Source: Curvularia clavata (lineage: Eukaryota). From it: 64,000 nt of DNA. Position 1 is the stretch's first letter. Each line of letters opens with the position of its first letter. Positions 11,823 to 24,732 of this stretch are shown piece after piece. Position numbers and translations under genes: made by a program. The stretch lies in NCBI GenBank assembly GCA_023920165.1, contig CP089274.1, forward strand, positions 2,170,001-2,234,000, written 5' to 3'. The notes under the pieces are model-generated. The model was not told where the DNA came from and did not search any database. It was given only the letters and a program-made list of their open reading frames with translations.

Positions 11823-13643
11823 CTAGTACAGCGCCTTCTGCCACCATGCACACCTAGCATTAGCGTTGCTGTCGCGAACTTCCTCAATACCAGTAATATT
11901 AAGTTCCAGAACGTTGGCGTTCGGACCATACATGTTGAACTGCTTGACGCCCGTTGCGTCTGGAGCGCCGGTTTCCGCAAAGCTTGTAATGAACTCTTGC
12001 AGCGCAAGGGCAATGGTGACGTTGGCGACACTGCTGGATGCGCCTTCACCGTTATAGTAAGTATACGCCACATCCTGTCCATGAATGGCTGGAGGGACGG
12101 CGAAAAGGTAGGAGTAGGTCTCGTTTCCGTATGCCCGCCCGAGGTAGTAGGTGTTGCAAGTAAAAGCACTCTCGGAAACAATTAGACTACCGCGTTGGTA
12201 GTTGTTGGTGTAACCGTAAGAGCCGTCAAATACGGGCGGGTACAAGGTTTTCAAAATGTAGTCGAAGAACGACGATGGAGTGTTCACATACGATCGCTCA
12301 AGCTGGGCCCTCAATGAAGCTTCGCTAGTCAAAGAGGTGGACGTGAAGACGGCTCCTTCATTGGCGTTGTGTCCGACCATAACGCGTACGTCCTTGTCAA
12401 ATCGGCCCTGAGCAAGGAGCTGAGCGGGCTGAAGTGGAGCAAAGAGTCCATCCACGACAGGTCCGTAGGTGTAGGTACCATAGGGAGAGTCGTAGCGCAC
12501 CTGTTGAGCGTTGGCGCGAATGACGGCTTCAGACGACAACGCGCGGAGATCAGCTAGAGATGAGGAGTTTGTCAGGCTGAGAAACTTGTTGTAGGTATTC
12601 TCCTGTGTGACAACAGAGCTAATGGGCTGCCAGCCAGGACTCTGAGGCACTGCTTGCTGGAATGGAACTGAGCCTTTGAGACCTCCATACGCCGTAATCT
12701 GATGCATAATGGAGCCTCCGCCGGCGCTCTCTCCAAAAACCGTAACCTGGGCCTGTCAGTCATGATCGTACTGGGGAGTTTCAAGTCCAACTTACTCGGT
12801 TCTTGTCGCCGCCGAAAAGATGAATGTTTTCTTGAATCCATTCGAGCGCCATTCGCTGGTCGTACAAGCCCAAATTGGAGACACCTCCCTCAGCCTGGAA
12901 AGAGGGGCCAGCCAGCCACCCCAAAGCACCGAGGCGGTAGTTCATAGCCACGTAGATGACATCGCCGTTGGTCGAGCTGTTAGAAGCAGCAATCAGACCA
13001 GCAGGATTGTTATTCTTTTGGCCGCCAGTGTAACCACCGCCGTAGATCCATACCAAGACAGGAGCCCCGAATCCTTTTCCAGCTTTCTTAAAAACATCTT
13101 CTGGCACATAAACGTCTAGGAAGAGACAATCCTCAGATTCCAGAGGACCGGGAGGTGGGACTGGGCTGCTTGAATTGGCTCCTGATGGTACGTAGGATGC
13201 ATTGGACGGTGGTAGTCCTAGTGCTTGCGCGGCCAAAGCCTGAGCTGCAACTGCCGACCACGCACCCGCGGCCTGGGGACAAATTCTACGCAATTCAGTG
13301 ACAATTTCGCCGTGAACTGAACTGAATGGTTTACCTTGACTCACGGCCGTCATTGATAGACGACCGATTCTTAGCCGGAGGCTGGGGCAGTGCAAATCGC
13401 AGCTCTCCTACGGGTGGTGCCGCGTACCGTATGTTCGAAAAGTTATAAAAATTACCCGTTTCCTAGGAACAATATTAGAACCAAGGATCCCTGAGATTCC
13501 ACGAACACACGCACATTGAAACCCGAAGCACGGTAGACCTGGTAGCCAAGGTCGACGGTAGGCAGTGATGACGATGACGAGTCTTGAGCATAGGCCGCAG
13601 CACCCCACAGGGCCGCCGCGGTAGTAGCAACAAGGCGAAACAT
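11823..13643 (-). CDS. Secreted type-B carboxylesterase/lipase; exons 13643-13515, 13462-13335, 13285-12796, 12746-11823
   Basis: Signal peptide, then LPTVDLGY, NIRYAAPPVGELRF, SEDCLFLDVYVP, VWIYGGG, NYRLGALGWL, VTVFGESAGGGS (catalytic Ser), NANEG, HGQDV. Three GT-AG introns keep frame. Confidence 0.92.
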
Positions 13644-16114
13644 ACTTGGTAGTTCACCGAAGAAATACCAGAATGCAAGGTAGAAAGAGAAAGAGAAAAA
13701 AAAACCAACGGCGGGCAACCCGCAGTATTTGTTTTCCGCCCGTCCAGCGTTCAGCATCCAGCCTTCCTTCCCCGGACTACCCCCAACCCACAAAATAAGT
13801 AATCTATCATACCTGACCGTGGGAAATTATTGGCAAAACCGCCCTCTTAGCCCAATTCAGGCCACTCTATTCCCCATAGAAACAGTCCTTGTTCAAAATC
13901 TTACCGAAGCTAGTGCACCGGTGGCGCTGACTTCCACGTCAGTACTGTATGTACCAAGTAATGTGTACTTCGCCTATGCGGCGGAGCAAGTAGCCGCTGG
14001 CCGCTAAGGCGCAGCCACTCATCGTTTGTGCAGTATAGGGGAGGGGGACGGAGTTGCTGTCTCAACGTGTACATGTGCCCCGGATTATTGGGGGGCTAGG
14101 CGAAGAGCAGAAGAGTATAGGGTACGTCATGGGTTTTTGCGGAGTCTCCCTCGGCGATATGCCAGTCCCGTCCGAGGCAGCTATTGTTGTGGCGACTGGA
14201 AGCACTGTTTTATTCGAAGCTACTACGTCTCTGAAATTAAGATATCGCTAATCTCACGCACGACACGTGGTTTAGGCTTTACAATTTCGAAACATAGGAA
14301 AGAAAGGGTTATTCCCAAGGCCCAGTTTCATGGATTGACCCCCAGACGAAAGTCATCATCTCGGTTGGATGTTGCCGCGTATGCAGAACGCATTGACAAC
14401 CGCGACTGGGATCCTCCCCCGCCTTGTCGCTTTACCAGGGGCCACTTGGACCGAGGTACATGGCGTGCGATCTATCAAGGACGGAGCTAGGCTTGGTTCC
14501 GGGGGTAAAGAGAAGAGCGAAATGCGGGATATACGGAGCAGAATGTGGAAGGGAATGCGTACGGACGAAATGTATCTGGCAGCGGGAATAATGGAGTCTG
14601 GAGTGGCTGGAAGAGGAGACTGTTGAACCTCGGCCATACTGTATTGTACTGTATACACACGCTTGGCCAGATCATTCATATCCATGTCCAACAGATCGTT
14701 TTTACCTGCATCACACCCTATAAAAAGATCTTATTACATGTCTCATGCATTAAGCGCCCGGCGCAACGGGAACAAGTAGGTCCCGTACTATCCAAAGACT
14801 AATTTCATGTTGTATTTGTAAACAGCGACATCCCTAGACGCTCTCATGGCATGTCACTTACAGACTAAACACATGACGGTGTCAAAAACAGCTGTGTCCC
14901 TGACTTGAAGACTACACGGACGCGCGCTAGAACAAGCCGTGCGAAGACTACGTTTTAACGCCATCTGTTCTGGCATTCCGTCAGTAATACTACCTGTAAA
15001 GTGTGATCAATGGCCACTGTCAACGTCAAACACTGCGTAAACGATCCATCGCGCAACGAGTGTAAGCTTACCAACAGCGTAGCCAAGCCCAGCATAAGCG
15101 ACACTGACTGCCTGATGATGATGATGGTGATGACGCCGTGTAACAAAACAAAACCCCCTAACCAACCCAACCCGTCTCAAAGAGCTTATGCGCAGGCTGC
15201 ACAGACAGCTAAACGGCGGCGCAGATGCGACACCATCGCTGGCAGCATGTGAGCGCAGCGCCCGGTTTCGTGACACCAGTGGTGCAACGAAGCCGCCAAA
15301 GCAGTGACACTCTTGTGTAGTCATGTCACGCTTAGCAGTCGAGTCGAATCGAGTCGAGCTCGAGTTCCAGAAAGGCTCCCAAACTTATCGATAGATACGT
15401 AGCTAGCGTTGGCTAGACCACGCGAGCAATCTTCCAGAACACCGCTCGAGACGAGAGATCGAGATTCAACACAAGACGTGACAAGGCCAGTCAGTCAGCC
15501 GCAACAAATGCCGTTATCTGGGCGGCGGCGGCCCCCACCTGCCACGTTTAAGCGCTCTGTGCACCCATTTCCCTCGTGGCTTTTGCTCAAGGCAAGCCAG
15601 CCAGCCAGCCATGTGCGACCAAACTTGACCGGGGAGTTTGAACAGCCATACCCCATGTTTATCATTGCGTGTTCAGCGATGCGGAAAAAGGGAGCTAGTA
15701 CCGGACTGGATGTGCAACTCATCATGCGCATGTCTTCCCTTCGAAGGGGGGGCGAGGAGGGGGGTGGTAGGGGCTTGACCCTGACCAACCCTAACTCCAC
15801 TCACTACACTACACTTGCAACTACGCCTCTCTGTGCCTTGGCCTTCTTTTCTCCTTCTCCACTTCCACTCCCCAGACACGACAATTTCGCATGCGACACA
15901 CCAGAACAAGACATGCAGCGAACACTGTCCTTGCCATGATAAAATGACGGTACTGCCCGTGCTGACGCTACCCAACACAAACGCGCGTTGAGGCAACCAC
16001 TGCTGCAGGGTTGAGCCTAGTTAGTGGATTGGAGTGGGAAGTTTGTCGGTGAGCGAAAGAGTGCAAGAGAGAAGAAAAGGCGAAAGAAGACAACGGAACG
16101 GGGGAGGACCGGCC

Positions 16115-17499
16115 ATGGACAGGCTCCAGCACCGACATTACCATCACGCGACACCAGTCTCGGAGCGGGCCAGGAACCGAGCGTCGACTGCGACGCCAAC
16201 GGCGGCGACGGGCGACAAGGTCATTGCGAAGAAGAGGTCGAGTCTGGGAAAGGCGGCGGGCGGGTTCCAAAGCAGACTGCTGGCGTCGCTGAGGAGTAGG
16301 AGGAGGAGCGAGAATGACGACCATAGGCTAGCGGCGCCAGCCAACCACTGCCCTTCGCACTCGAGGTACGTACATGGCCATTACCGTATCGAATCACGTT
16401 GCATACTCCAACTCCAATTCGACTCCAACTCATCCTAGCCCTTGCTGATCACAATAATTACAGCAGTAGCAGCCCGTTTCTGGATGCACTGTTCCGCCTC
16501 CCAGATGAGCTTCACATCTACATGCTGCGCGAGCTCTGCGTGGCCGACCTGCTGGCCCTGCGACGGACCTCGCGCGTGCTCAACATGCTGGTTACGGAGA
16601 ATGCGCCGGCCCTGGTGCGATACTGGGTCAAACACCGCATGGGCAATCTACACCTGCAACTGTACCCTGCGCCGAGGCCCAGTGCCATTGACTTTCCCTT
16701 TTTGCTCACTATGCGACGGCGGCATATTGCGTCCCTGAGATTGACGCGGCAGCTTGCCGATCATCTTGTAGGCGAGCCGGTGGAGCCAGCGGCGTGCCCA
16801 CGGCAGAAGCAACTTTGGTCCTCGGTATTCGAGCGCATGCTGCCTCTGGTCTTTGGCGTCGGTTACTTTCTCGACGAGCACAGACGACTGCTCTTGGAGA
16901 GGGACCTCGGACGCATACGACCGCGGTCCCGTATCGGCTACCATGTGCGCACGACTGCAGGCATTGCTGACCAAGAGCGCAAGATTGTTCGGAACCTCGA
17001 CGCGCCGCTGCGGCTACAGTACTTTTACACCTACTGCTTCATTGTCCAGGTGCTGCTGCGCACACCAGCGTGCTCGGAAGATGTGGCCTTTTTGCTGATA
17101 CTAGGGGGCATAGGGCGGGTGGCCAAACTGCTCGCGTGCCCAACCTACAGTGAGCGGCGCAGGTACCTGGCCATGTTCCGGAAGCACATGTCGCCCCACA
17201 CGAGCAAGTGCTGGCGAAGACACTGGAAGGATGCCGGGGTAGTATCACCGGCTCTTCTGGACGACATACCATGCACGCAGATTGGCGTTACCCAGCTGGA
17301 CCAGATCTGGGCTCCACTGATTGCCCAGATGATGGAGCCTGGAAGCAGGGACTTTACCGAGCAAGAGAGGAGACGCTACGAGGAACTAAAGGTGTCGGGC
17401 AAGTTCATCAACGAAGTAATGGGGTATGATATTCTTCAGGGCCGTGCAGCAGACGGGGGCGAATCCGCCGCCGACGACGACGACGACGACGAACCATGA
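16115..17499 (+). CDS. F-box domain protein; exons 16115-16365, ~16464-17499
   Basis: F-box-like LFRLPDELHIYMLRELCVADLLALRRTSRVLNMLV. Intron 16366-16463 (GTACGT..GCTGAT..CAG) joins the upstream MDRLQHRH exon in frame. Confidence 0.75.
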
Positions 17500-19157
17500 A
17501 GAGTTTTTTTAGTTTTACTGTATATACTACTAAATGTTAGACAGGGGTTAGTGCAGAGAGCAGGAAAAATCCTTAACCCCGAGGCGGTTGAATGGTACCG
17601 TTGTAATGCCGCTGTGGTTCACTACGCCTTTTGGACTTCTTGACACATGTATGGTGCCGGGCAATCTCCGTTGGCCAGCGGTTAAAGAGGCTTTGTGGTT
17701 TGGTGTGGCTTAGTTTCTACTTCACGATGCAGGCAGCCCACACGTATTACGTACAGCTCCGACGGGCTAGCGCGCTACAGAGAGGCAGGTGGAACTCGAC
17801 GACGTGGACCCTGCCGCTGTCACGATGGAGGCTCTCTGGTTGTGAAGAGAAGCATGCTTGGCGTGGGTACTTTGTTCCATGTACTTGCCTGAAGAGGACA
17901 GCGTTAAGAGGCTCATATCCACTTTGGTCTGGACTCTTGATGTGAATGGTGGATGTGTCGGGCGCTCAGTCACGAGAGTGGGCGGCTGGCAAAAGGCGTG
18001 TCAGACGCAGCAGATGCAATGAGTGGCGGCAGATGGCAAAGCGGTTTCTTTTTTGTTATCGTGGCATTTATTTTTTCCAGGTGAAGGTCAATTTATTTTT
18101 CCGGCATGTCGGCAATGTGGCAGAGTGGGCGTCGGGCAGAAGAGCAGAGTAGACCCTGGAGCGGTTGCCGTACTGGCCGAGCAGACGTTGTCTGTGCGCG
18201 TCTTCTAGAAATCAACCAGTGAGCGGAGTGGAGCGCGCGTGGCCGATGTGCTGCGAGGGGCGGAGCCAATGGCGTCGTGGTGAATTTTGCCGCCGTCATA
18301 TGCAAAACAGCCAGACGAGCAGAGACGGCGTTGGCAGTGACAGAGGGCGCAGAGGGTGGGAGAGCAGCGCATGGCAGACGGCCGACGAGAGCATGGCGGC
18401 CTGAAGGTCTTGGTGCGTTTCAGGCAAAAGCAAAGGCTCGAGGTTGCAATGGTTCCGTCGTCCGTGGCAGACTGGGGATGACGTGCAGGCCAAGACCAAA
18501 GAGGCAACCGGAGCCCTCTGCATCGGGTAGGGGCGATGGATCGAGCAGGGCTGCGTCACTGCCTGCACGCCAGTGGGCAGGCGCTCTGCTCTCATGGTGT
18601 ACTATACGTGCGTAGGAATGTTTTCTGTACATGGCAGGCACTCGCACTCGCACCCGCACCCGCACAACGCGGCAGCTACGCTACGCTACACTAGACACGA
18701 CTCTGTACTGGATTACATACACACAGCCTACTAGATGACTGTGCAGTGCACCACCATCCGCCGGCATGTGCTCGCAGTGTGCTCGCAGTCTTCGCGTCTC
18801 GAGGGCTGCTGCACCGACAAGTCCCCAACGGCGCCGCAGCCAATGGCGGGCCGTTGATACTGACCGCAACAACAGCCCGCAGCCATCCTGGTCGCTGTAG
18901 CGTCGGCTCTTGGACAGTGGCTCCGCGGCCCCCCGTAATACCAGCACCAGCATGGGAACTAAAATCCCGCTCCTCTCTGCGCTGCTCATGCAAATGCCCT
19001 ACCGTGCCAGTGCGTGCTTAGCGTCGTCCTACATGCCCAAGCCCCAAACCATATAATCCTTTTGAGCCCGGCCCAGCGTTTGCGACCACCACCAAACCCG
19101 TCCCCATCCAAGTGCCACCCTCCCTCCGCCCTCGTCCACCCGACACGCTCCACTCCT

Positions 19158-19190
19158 CCACCACCACCACCACCACCACCACCACCACAC
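19158..19190 (+). repeat. (CCA)n microsatellite upstream of LST7
   Basis: About 10-11 consecutive CCA units. Confidence 0.85.
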
Positions 19191-19418
19191 TACAAACACC
19201 CGCCGCACTCTCTTTTTCTGCTTCACCATCCTGCTCACCTGCCACCGCCCACCACCACTCACCGTCTCGTTCCCACCACCCCAGACGACCGCCGGCCCAA
19301 GTCTCGTGCCCCGACTACGCCTCTCTGGGCCAACATCAGTCAGCTGAGCACCTCTCCCGACCCCACCAATACACTTGCCCCAACAACATGAGACGGTAGA
19401 GATTAGATAGCACAAAAC

Positions 19419-20860
19419 ATGGACTTTACGGTAAGCACCCGCGCGCTTGTACCTTTTTCTTATCCCAAACTGGCTCGACGTGCCATCGCCAGTCCATCGC
19501 CGCCTGTCATGCGTCCCCAAGCCACTCCGCCGCCAGGCCCACCCCCCTCAAACAAGACCACACTCTAACACGACGACCTCTCTAGATTTCGCTCGCACAC
19601 TTCTGCGAAGTCCACGGTCCTACCTCCATCATCTGCACCCAAGCCTCGACTTCGCCCTGCGGCTCTTGCAACCCCTGTGTCACGCCGCCCTCCGACGAGC
19701 CCCATTCGGCCTGCTCTTACAATGGCCTGTACGATCAGCCCACGTCGCTCAAACTGAACCCCCGCGCGCCCCAACTTTCGTCGCCCTTTGACTCGCCACC
19801 CACCAGCCCAAACTCGCCCTCGCACAACCCCTACTTTCCTAGCTTTTCCTCGTCGGACAGCAGCTTTGGCGGAAGGAGACCCAGTAGCACCCTCGAGTCG
19901 GACTCGGACGTGTGCGAAAACTGCCAGATGGTTGTCCCCCAGAAGTACAGCGACAAGATCCCCAACGGCGCTCCCGGTAGCCCGACCAAGGACGGACGCG
20001 GAAGGAACGGCAGCCCGGTGCTACGCAGCTCACAGAGCTATCCTGTACGACGTCCTGTGTTGCGTGATGATGTCAGCAGCACCGATTCGTCCGATGTCTC
20101 AGACACGGAGCAGTCGACTTCCTTCCAGAGTGGCAGCTCGAGCTTGTATCCAGACTCGATACCGCCCTCACCCTCGATCAGCTCACGGGGAGTCCACACC
20201 CATACACTCAACTACATCTCGACGAGCCAGCCACAATCCCCCAGCACCTACTCTCTGTTGCGCCGCACTTGTATCCGTACTCTTTCGACAGAGGTTCTCC
20301 CGCTCAGCAAGCCTTCTGGACCCATCATGTTTGGAGATTCCGTAGCTGGCTACACCATTGCCTATGTCTTCCGTCTGCAAGATCCGCGATCTCGAGGCGC
20401 TAAGCGCACCTACGCGCTCATTGCCATGGCCGGCCGGGACTGCCGGAGAGCCACCAAGGCCATGGTCAAGATTACCGAGGCTTTTGAGAGCATTGCAAAC
20501 CGAATCATCGCCCTGGCTGACCGGGTTCTCGAGCGAGAAAGTGCGGCTTCGCAAGGCCAGTCGGCCATCTCCGGCACTCCCCTTCCTGGCACGTCAGCCT
20601 CGTCAACCTCCTCGCAGTTTCTGTCCCCTCAAAGGGAACGCACGTCGTCGACGACCAGCGCCCCTAGTTTCCGCAACATCACGCCCGTTTCTTCCTTTCT
20701 GTCCGCTAAGAAGCTCGACCCCGATGGCTTCCCTCGTGTGTCGCGTGACGTGATGAAGGCAAAGAGCCTGATTGAGATTGTCGGCCAGGAAAACTTCTTT
20801 GTCGATTTGCACACTCTCTTCTGTCGCCTGCTGCACTCTCTTATCAAGCAGTACGGTTGA
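19419..20860 (+). CDS. LST7: Folliculin/Lst7-family protein (longin domain; Rag/Gtr GTPase GAP subunit); exons 19419-19430, 19586-20860
   Basis: MDFT + intron 19431-19585 (GTAAGC..CTAAC..TAG) + ISLAHFCEVHGPTSIICTQ; CENC; LRRTCIRTLSTE; FRLQDPRSRGAKRTYALI; KSLIEIVG. These are folliculin-family motifs. Confidence 0.9.
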
Positions 20861-22468
20861 TTCGCTTCATTGCTCTTCTTTACCCATACGTTTACTTCTC
20901 TTCGTTGTATGTCTTACTCATCGTTTCACTTATTGTCCTCTTTTTTTTTTTATCGTCGTGCGTTATAGCGTTTCTTCCATTAGTTCCACAGTGTGCTGGA
21001 GCGCCGGCGTTTGGGTACAGTCGTTTTCTTCCACGAGCATAGTTGTCGTGCTTCGCGACTCGCACACCGAACGACAAGGTCGAGTGGCTTTTATACCCTT
21101 TGCGATACCCGAGGCGTTTCTTTGTTGCCGGGACTAGCAGTACACACCGCTTGTGTCATGATCTCGCAAGGGCGTTTGAGGAGGGCAATCGTGGACGATT
21201 AACGCTTGTTATTATACTGTGTTTAGCAGCGATGGCGTGATTGACGCGATAGATGACATGATAGCAAAATAACATTCACAAAGTCTTTAACAAAAGTTCT
21301 GTTTATAGTCATTTTTATGAGGGGACCGTGTCCTTAACATGTAAACTCGTCTGCCTTGTCTCACCGTCACGTCTGCCTAAAGCACCAAAGTGGTGTGCTC
21401 TATTGGGCTAGCCTGAGGCTGGATGCAAATTCACAACTCTCTTCAACTCTCTTATCAAGCAAAGTACCATCTGCCCTCACCACACTCTCACTCGTAAAGG
21501 CACACGACACCTGCTCATGTTGTGAGAAATTTGCCACTCTTTCTCCACTCACACTCCGGTTCCGCTACTCCACACTCATGCATGACAACGTAAACCAAAC
21601 CCTTCTGACCCACTACACCCCGCCGCGTCCTTCCTTCCGCTCTTCGGTCCCAAACATGGCCCTCAGTGCCATTGAGATTTTGATATGCTGCAATCTACAC
21701 TCTGCAATCGCCTGGGCACTGATAAGCGATAGGCGCTTCTGTATCGATAACGGTCATAGCGAGATGCTGGGTAATCGATTGGTTGGCGGGTGGGCCTTGC
21801 ATGCAAGTGACGTCATGTGCTTGTGTGTGCAGAACGTTTGGCCGCTTAATAGCGTGTGAAGACTTGACGCAGGTTGACGGATGGTGTGTGCAAGAAAAGC
21901 TCCGATGTATGTCATCGGCTCAGTCTATTTTACTCTTGTTTTTTCCTACAATTCTCCGTATGTGGAGAACTGGTGGCTGCAATTCAAGCATCATGGCTCA
22001 TGCCAAGTTTTAGGTGCCCGTGAAGCCAAGTTTTTGTGGCATATGTATGATAGATTTAGGAAAAGAGCAGTGATGTTACAGTATGTAGCAGTGCTCGTAT
22101 ATCGGCATCTCATCTTTCCGGGCTGGTGACGGGGGTTCAGACAAGGCAACGGCGTGGCCTTGACGTAGTGCTATGACGAAAGCCATCGCACTGCCCCTGC
22201 CATAGATGAGATACCGAGGAGCATTACAACTTAAACCCTCATCGCCCTCTGACCGCACTCTAACGTCAAACACCATCGACTACTTTCCTCGTCTACCCAG
22301 CCAACCACAGCCTCATTTCCACGCCTCCATCTACCCGTGAGTTGCTCCTCGCCCAGCTGATCAAGCCACAAACGTGCCGAAGAAGACGACGCTTACCACA
22401 ATTGATAGTTCAATACCTCATCACCGCCTCATACCTCCACATATACATCTCTAAATTACATTCCGAAA

Positions 22469-22789
22469 ATGGACTCTTTCACCAACAGCAACAACTCTGC
22501 ATCCACCACTACCAACAACCCCACACAGCAGAAAGAAGACTACCTTGACAAGGGTCTCGACGCCGCAGAGAAGAAGTTCGGTGGCGCATCAGCTCAGGAT
22601 ACTGAAAAGTACCGTGGCGTAAACGAAAAGATTGTACGTGCAGCCGCCTTACGCTTGGCATTCTTGGCAAGTGTAAACTAGGTGTAAGAACAAGACTAGC
22701 TGACATATGAAAAAAAATAGACGGATGGCGCGCGTAACATGTTTGAAAAAGCGACGGGAAAGCATGTGCCAGAGAAGTTCTCAAACTGA
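22469..22789 (+). CDS. Small hydrophilic protein A (77 aa), function unknown; exons 22469-22633, 22721-22789
   Basis: ...EDYLDKGLDAAEKKFGG...NEKI | TDGARNMFEKATGKHVPEKFSN*; intron GTACGT..CTGAC..TAG; paralog at 24204. Confidence 0.85.
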
Positions 22790-24203
22790 GCATCAACAAC
22801 ATGACGATGTCGGCGACGACGAGGCTCCTGCGGAGCTGACGCCGACGCCGACGAACAAGTCGAGTGGGGGAGGATGGAAAGAGAAAATGCACAAGTTAGA
22901 CGACAAGTGGAGTAAATTCAGGCCGTATGTGGAGAGATTGAACGGCACAATTGTCCCGTTGCGCTCGCAGGAGGAACAGGAGCGAGAGGTGCGGAGAAAG
23001 AGTAGTGGGGGCAGTGTGTGATGCTGTACTTTGATGTATGAATAATGAAGATTATGTTTCACATGGCGAGTGTGCCAATTCCTGATGATCAGAGAAACAG
23101 CCCTGGGGATCCCACTTCCGCCGTGTATGTATGTGCTACGCCCACAGTAGTGTAGTTCTTGATAGTAAGTGTGCAAGTGACAAAAGGCCCGAGACCTACC
23201 TCTCAACAACTGTAGTCTATTCTCCGCTTCACTTTTCCTCTTCCCCTTGGTTTTAGTTACTCTTGGTACAAGCGTCTAGACTTAGCTATCCTATCTCATG
23301 TAAGCCCGCTTTCTTTTACCCCGCCTTGCTTTTCTTTCTCTCTTGCTGACTACTTGCCCCACTTTACATACCTTACTCCAAGCGCAAGTGCATGCATGTG
23401 CGCGTGTATGCGAGGCAAACCGCATACCTTGTTCTGTACCAGATTATACTTTTCACATGTGCCAAACAAACTAATCTACCCGTACACAGAAGGGCAAACG
23501 AAAGTAAGCAAAAATGCAAGCTACTCAAACCCCGCCCGCGCCCGCGCCCTCGCCGCCCTATGCCATGCCCCTGCTTGAATTGCTTCAATGAGTCAAGATT
23601 GCTCTCGACGTGAACCTATACCCGCTACTGGTATCATTGCCAAGAGGCACAGACTTGGGAGAGGAATGTATGCTTGATGGAGGCACAGCCAATTTTGAGG
23701 GATATACACTTGCTTGAAGAAATCATCTAAGCTAGGTAGATGAAGCAAACGCGGTGGAGGCACGGGATCACGTGGGTGGTTGGCAAACAAACACAGCGGC
23801 AGGCAAGACTACGCATATTAGCGGATGCACTGCACGTGTATCCGGATCTACCTATCTCTCCCATGCTAGCAAAATGTCGCCTTTTGTCAGCATATTATGC
23901 ACAAGTAGATTCTCAAAACATGTGAAGGCGCATGCGCGTGACCTTGTTCCCTGAGCCCTACCACGAGCTGAACCAGTAGTCGCAAGCCACACACCCCCTA
24001 TTCACTAGCCCCAGCCTTCTTTCAGTGGACGCACATTTTACCCCGCCTACCCGCTCTCTTCCACCATTACCCTTTCTTCATCATCTCCGTTTCGCATCCG
24101 TCACATCCGTATATCCGTCGTCTACCAAGATCCATACATCCGGCATCATCCCTAAAAAAGGTCAAAGGCCAAGGCAAAAAATCGCTAGTCTACTACAACA
24201 ACA

Positions 24204-24527
24204 ATGTCCGAACCCGTAAACAATGGTGCTGCAGGTGGTGCAGGCGCACCAGGCAGCGATCCCCTCGACAAAGCCTTCAACACCATTGCGACAAAGTTTG
24301 GGGGTGCGCAGGGAAAAAAGGTAGCCGGGAACAAGGCGTTGAGTGAAAAGATTGTACGTCTGCCCTCTTTAACTTGCTTGACCCGACTGCTATCCTGGAT
24401 GAAGATGCGGAAATGGGAAGATAAGGGATGTGAATAGAGCTAATATACTGATGATTAGACCGACGGTATTCGCAAGGCCTTTGAAAAAGCAACGGGAAAG
24501 AAGGTGTCGTCCAAGATTTCAAACTAG
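24204..24527 (+). CDS. Small hydrophilic protein B (72 aa), tandem paralog of A; exons 24204-24353, 24459-24527
   Basis: ...DPLDKAFNTIATKFGG...SEKI | TDGIRKAFEKATGKKVSSKISN*; same intron position, phase and exon-2 length as A. Confidence 0.85.
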
Positions 24528-24700
24528 ACCACGCCAAACTTCAAGATTATCACGATCATCGATCAGTGATGCCTGAGTGGTTTCTCTCATGGGGATTAGT
24601 TCGGTAGGAGCAGGAAGCTAATGCTAGGGTTGAAGGCGGAGCGCGGGACAAGGCAGTAATGCGAGTTTGCCAAGACGGGGAAGGCGGAAGGGAAAGTGAC

Positions 24701-24732
24701 GTGTGTGTGTGTGTGTGTGTGTGGAGAGAGAG
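24701..24732. repeat. (GT)n(GA)n compound microsatellite
   Basis: About 11 GT units followed by GAGAGAGA. Confidence 0.85.

Noticed and set aside
13729..15939. ORFs 14026-14490 and 15409-15939
   Set aside because: No recognisable domains; they lie in the divergent promoter region between the esterase and F-box genes.
17544..17580. GGGGTTA..TAACCCC inverted repeat after the F-box stop
   Set aside because: Only a 7-bp stem; no TSD, tRNA or terminator features.
17631..19399. Short ORFs and simple repeats (GCACTC, GCTAC, poly-Pro/poly-Thr frames)
   Set aside because: Microsatellite-driven open frames in the LST7 upstream region.
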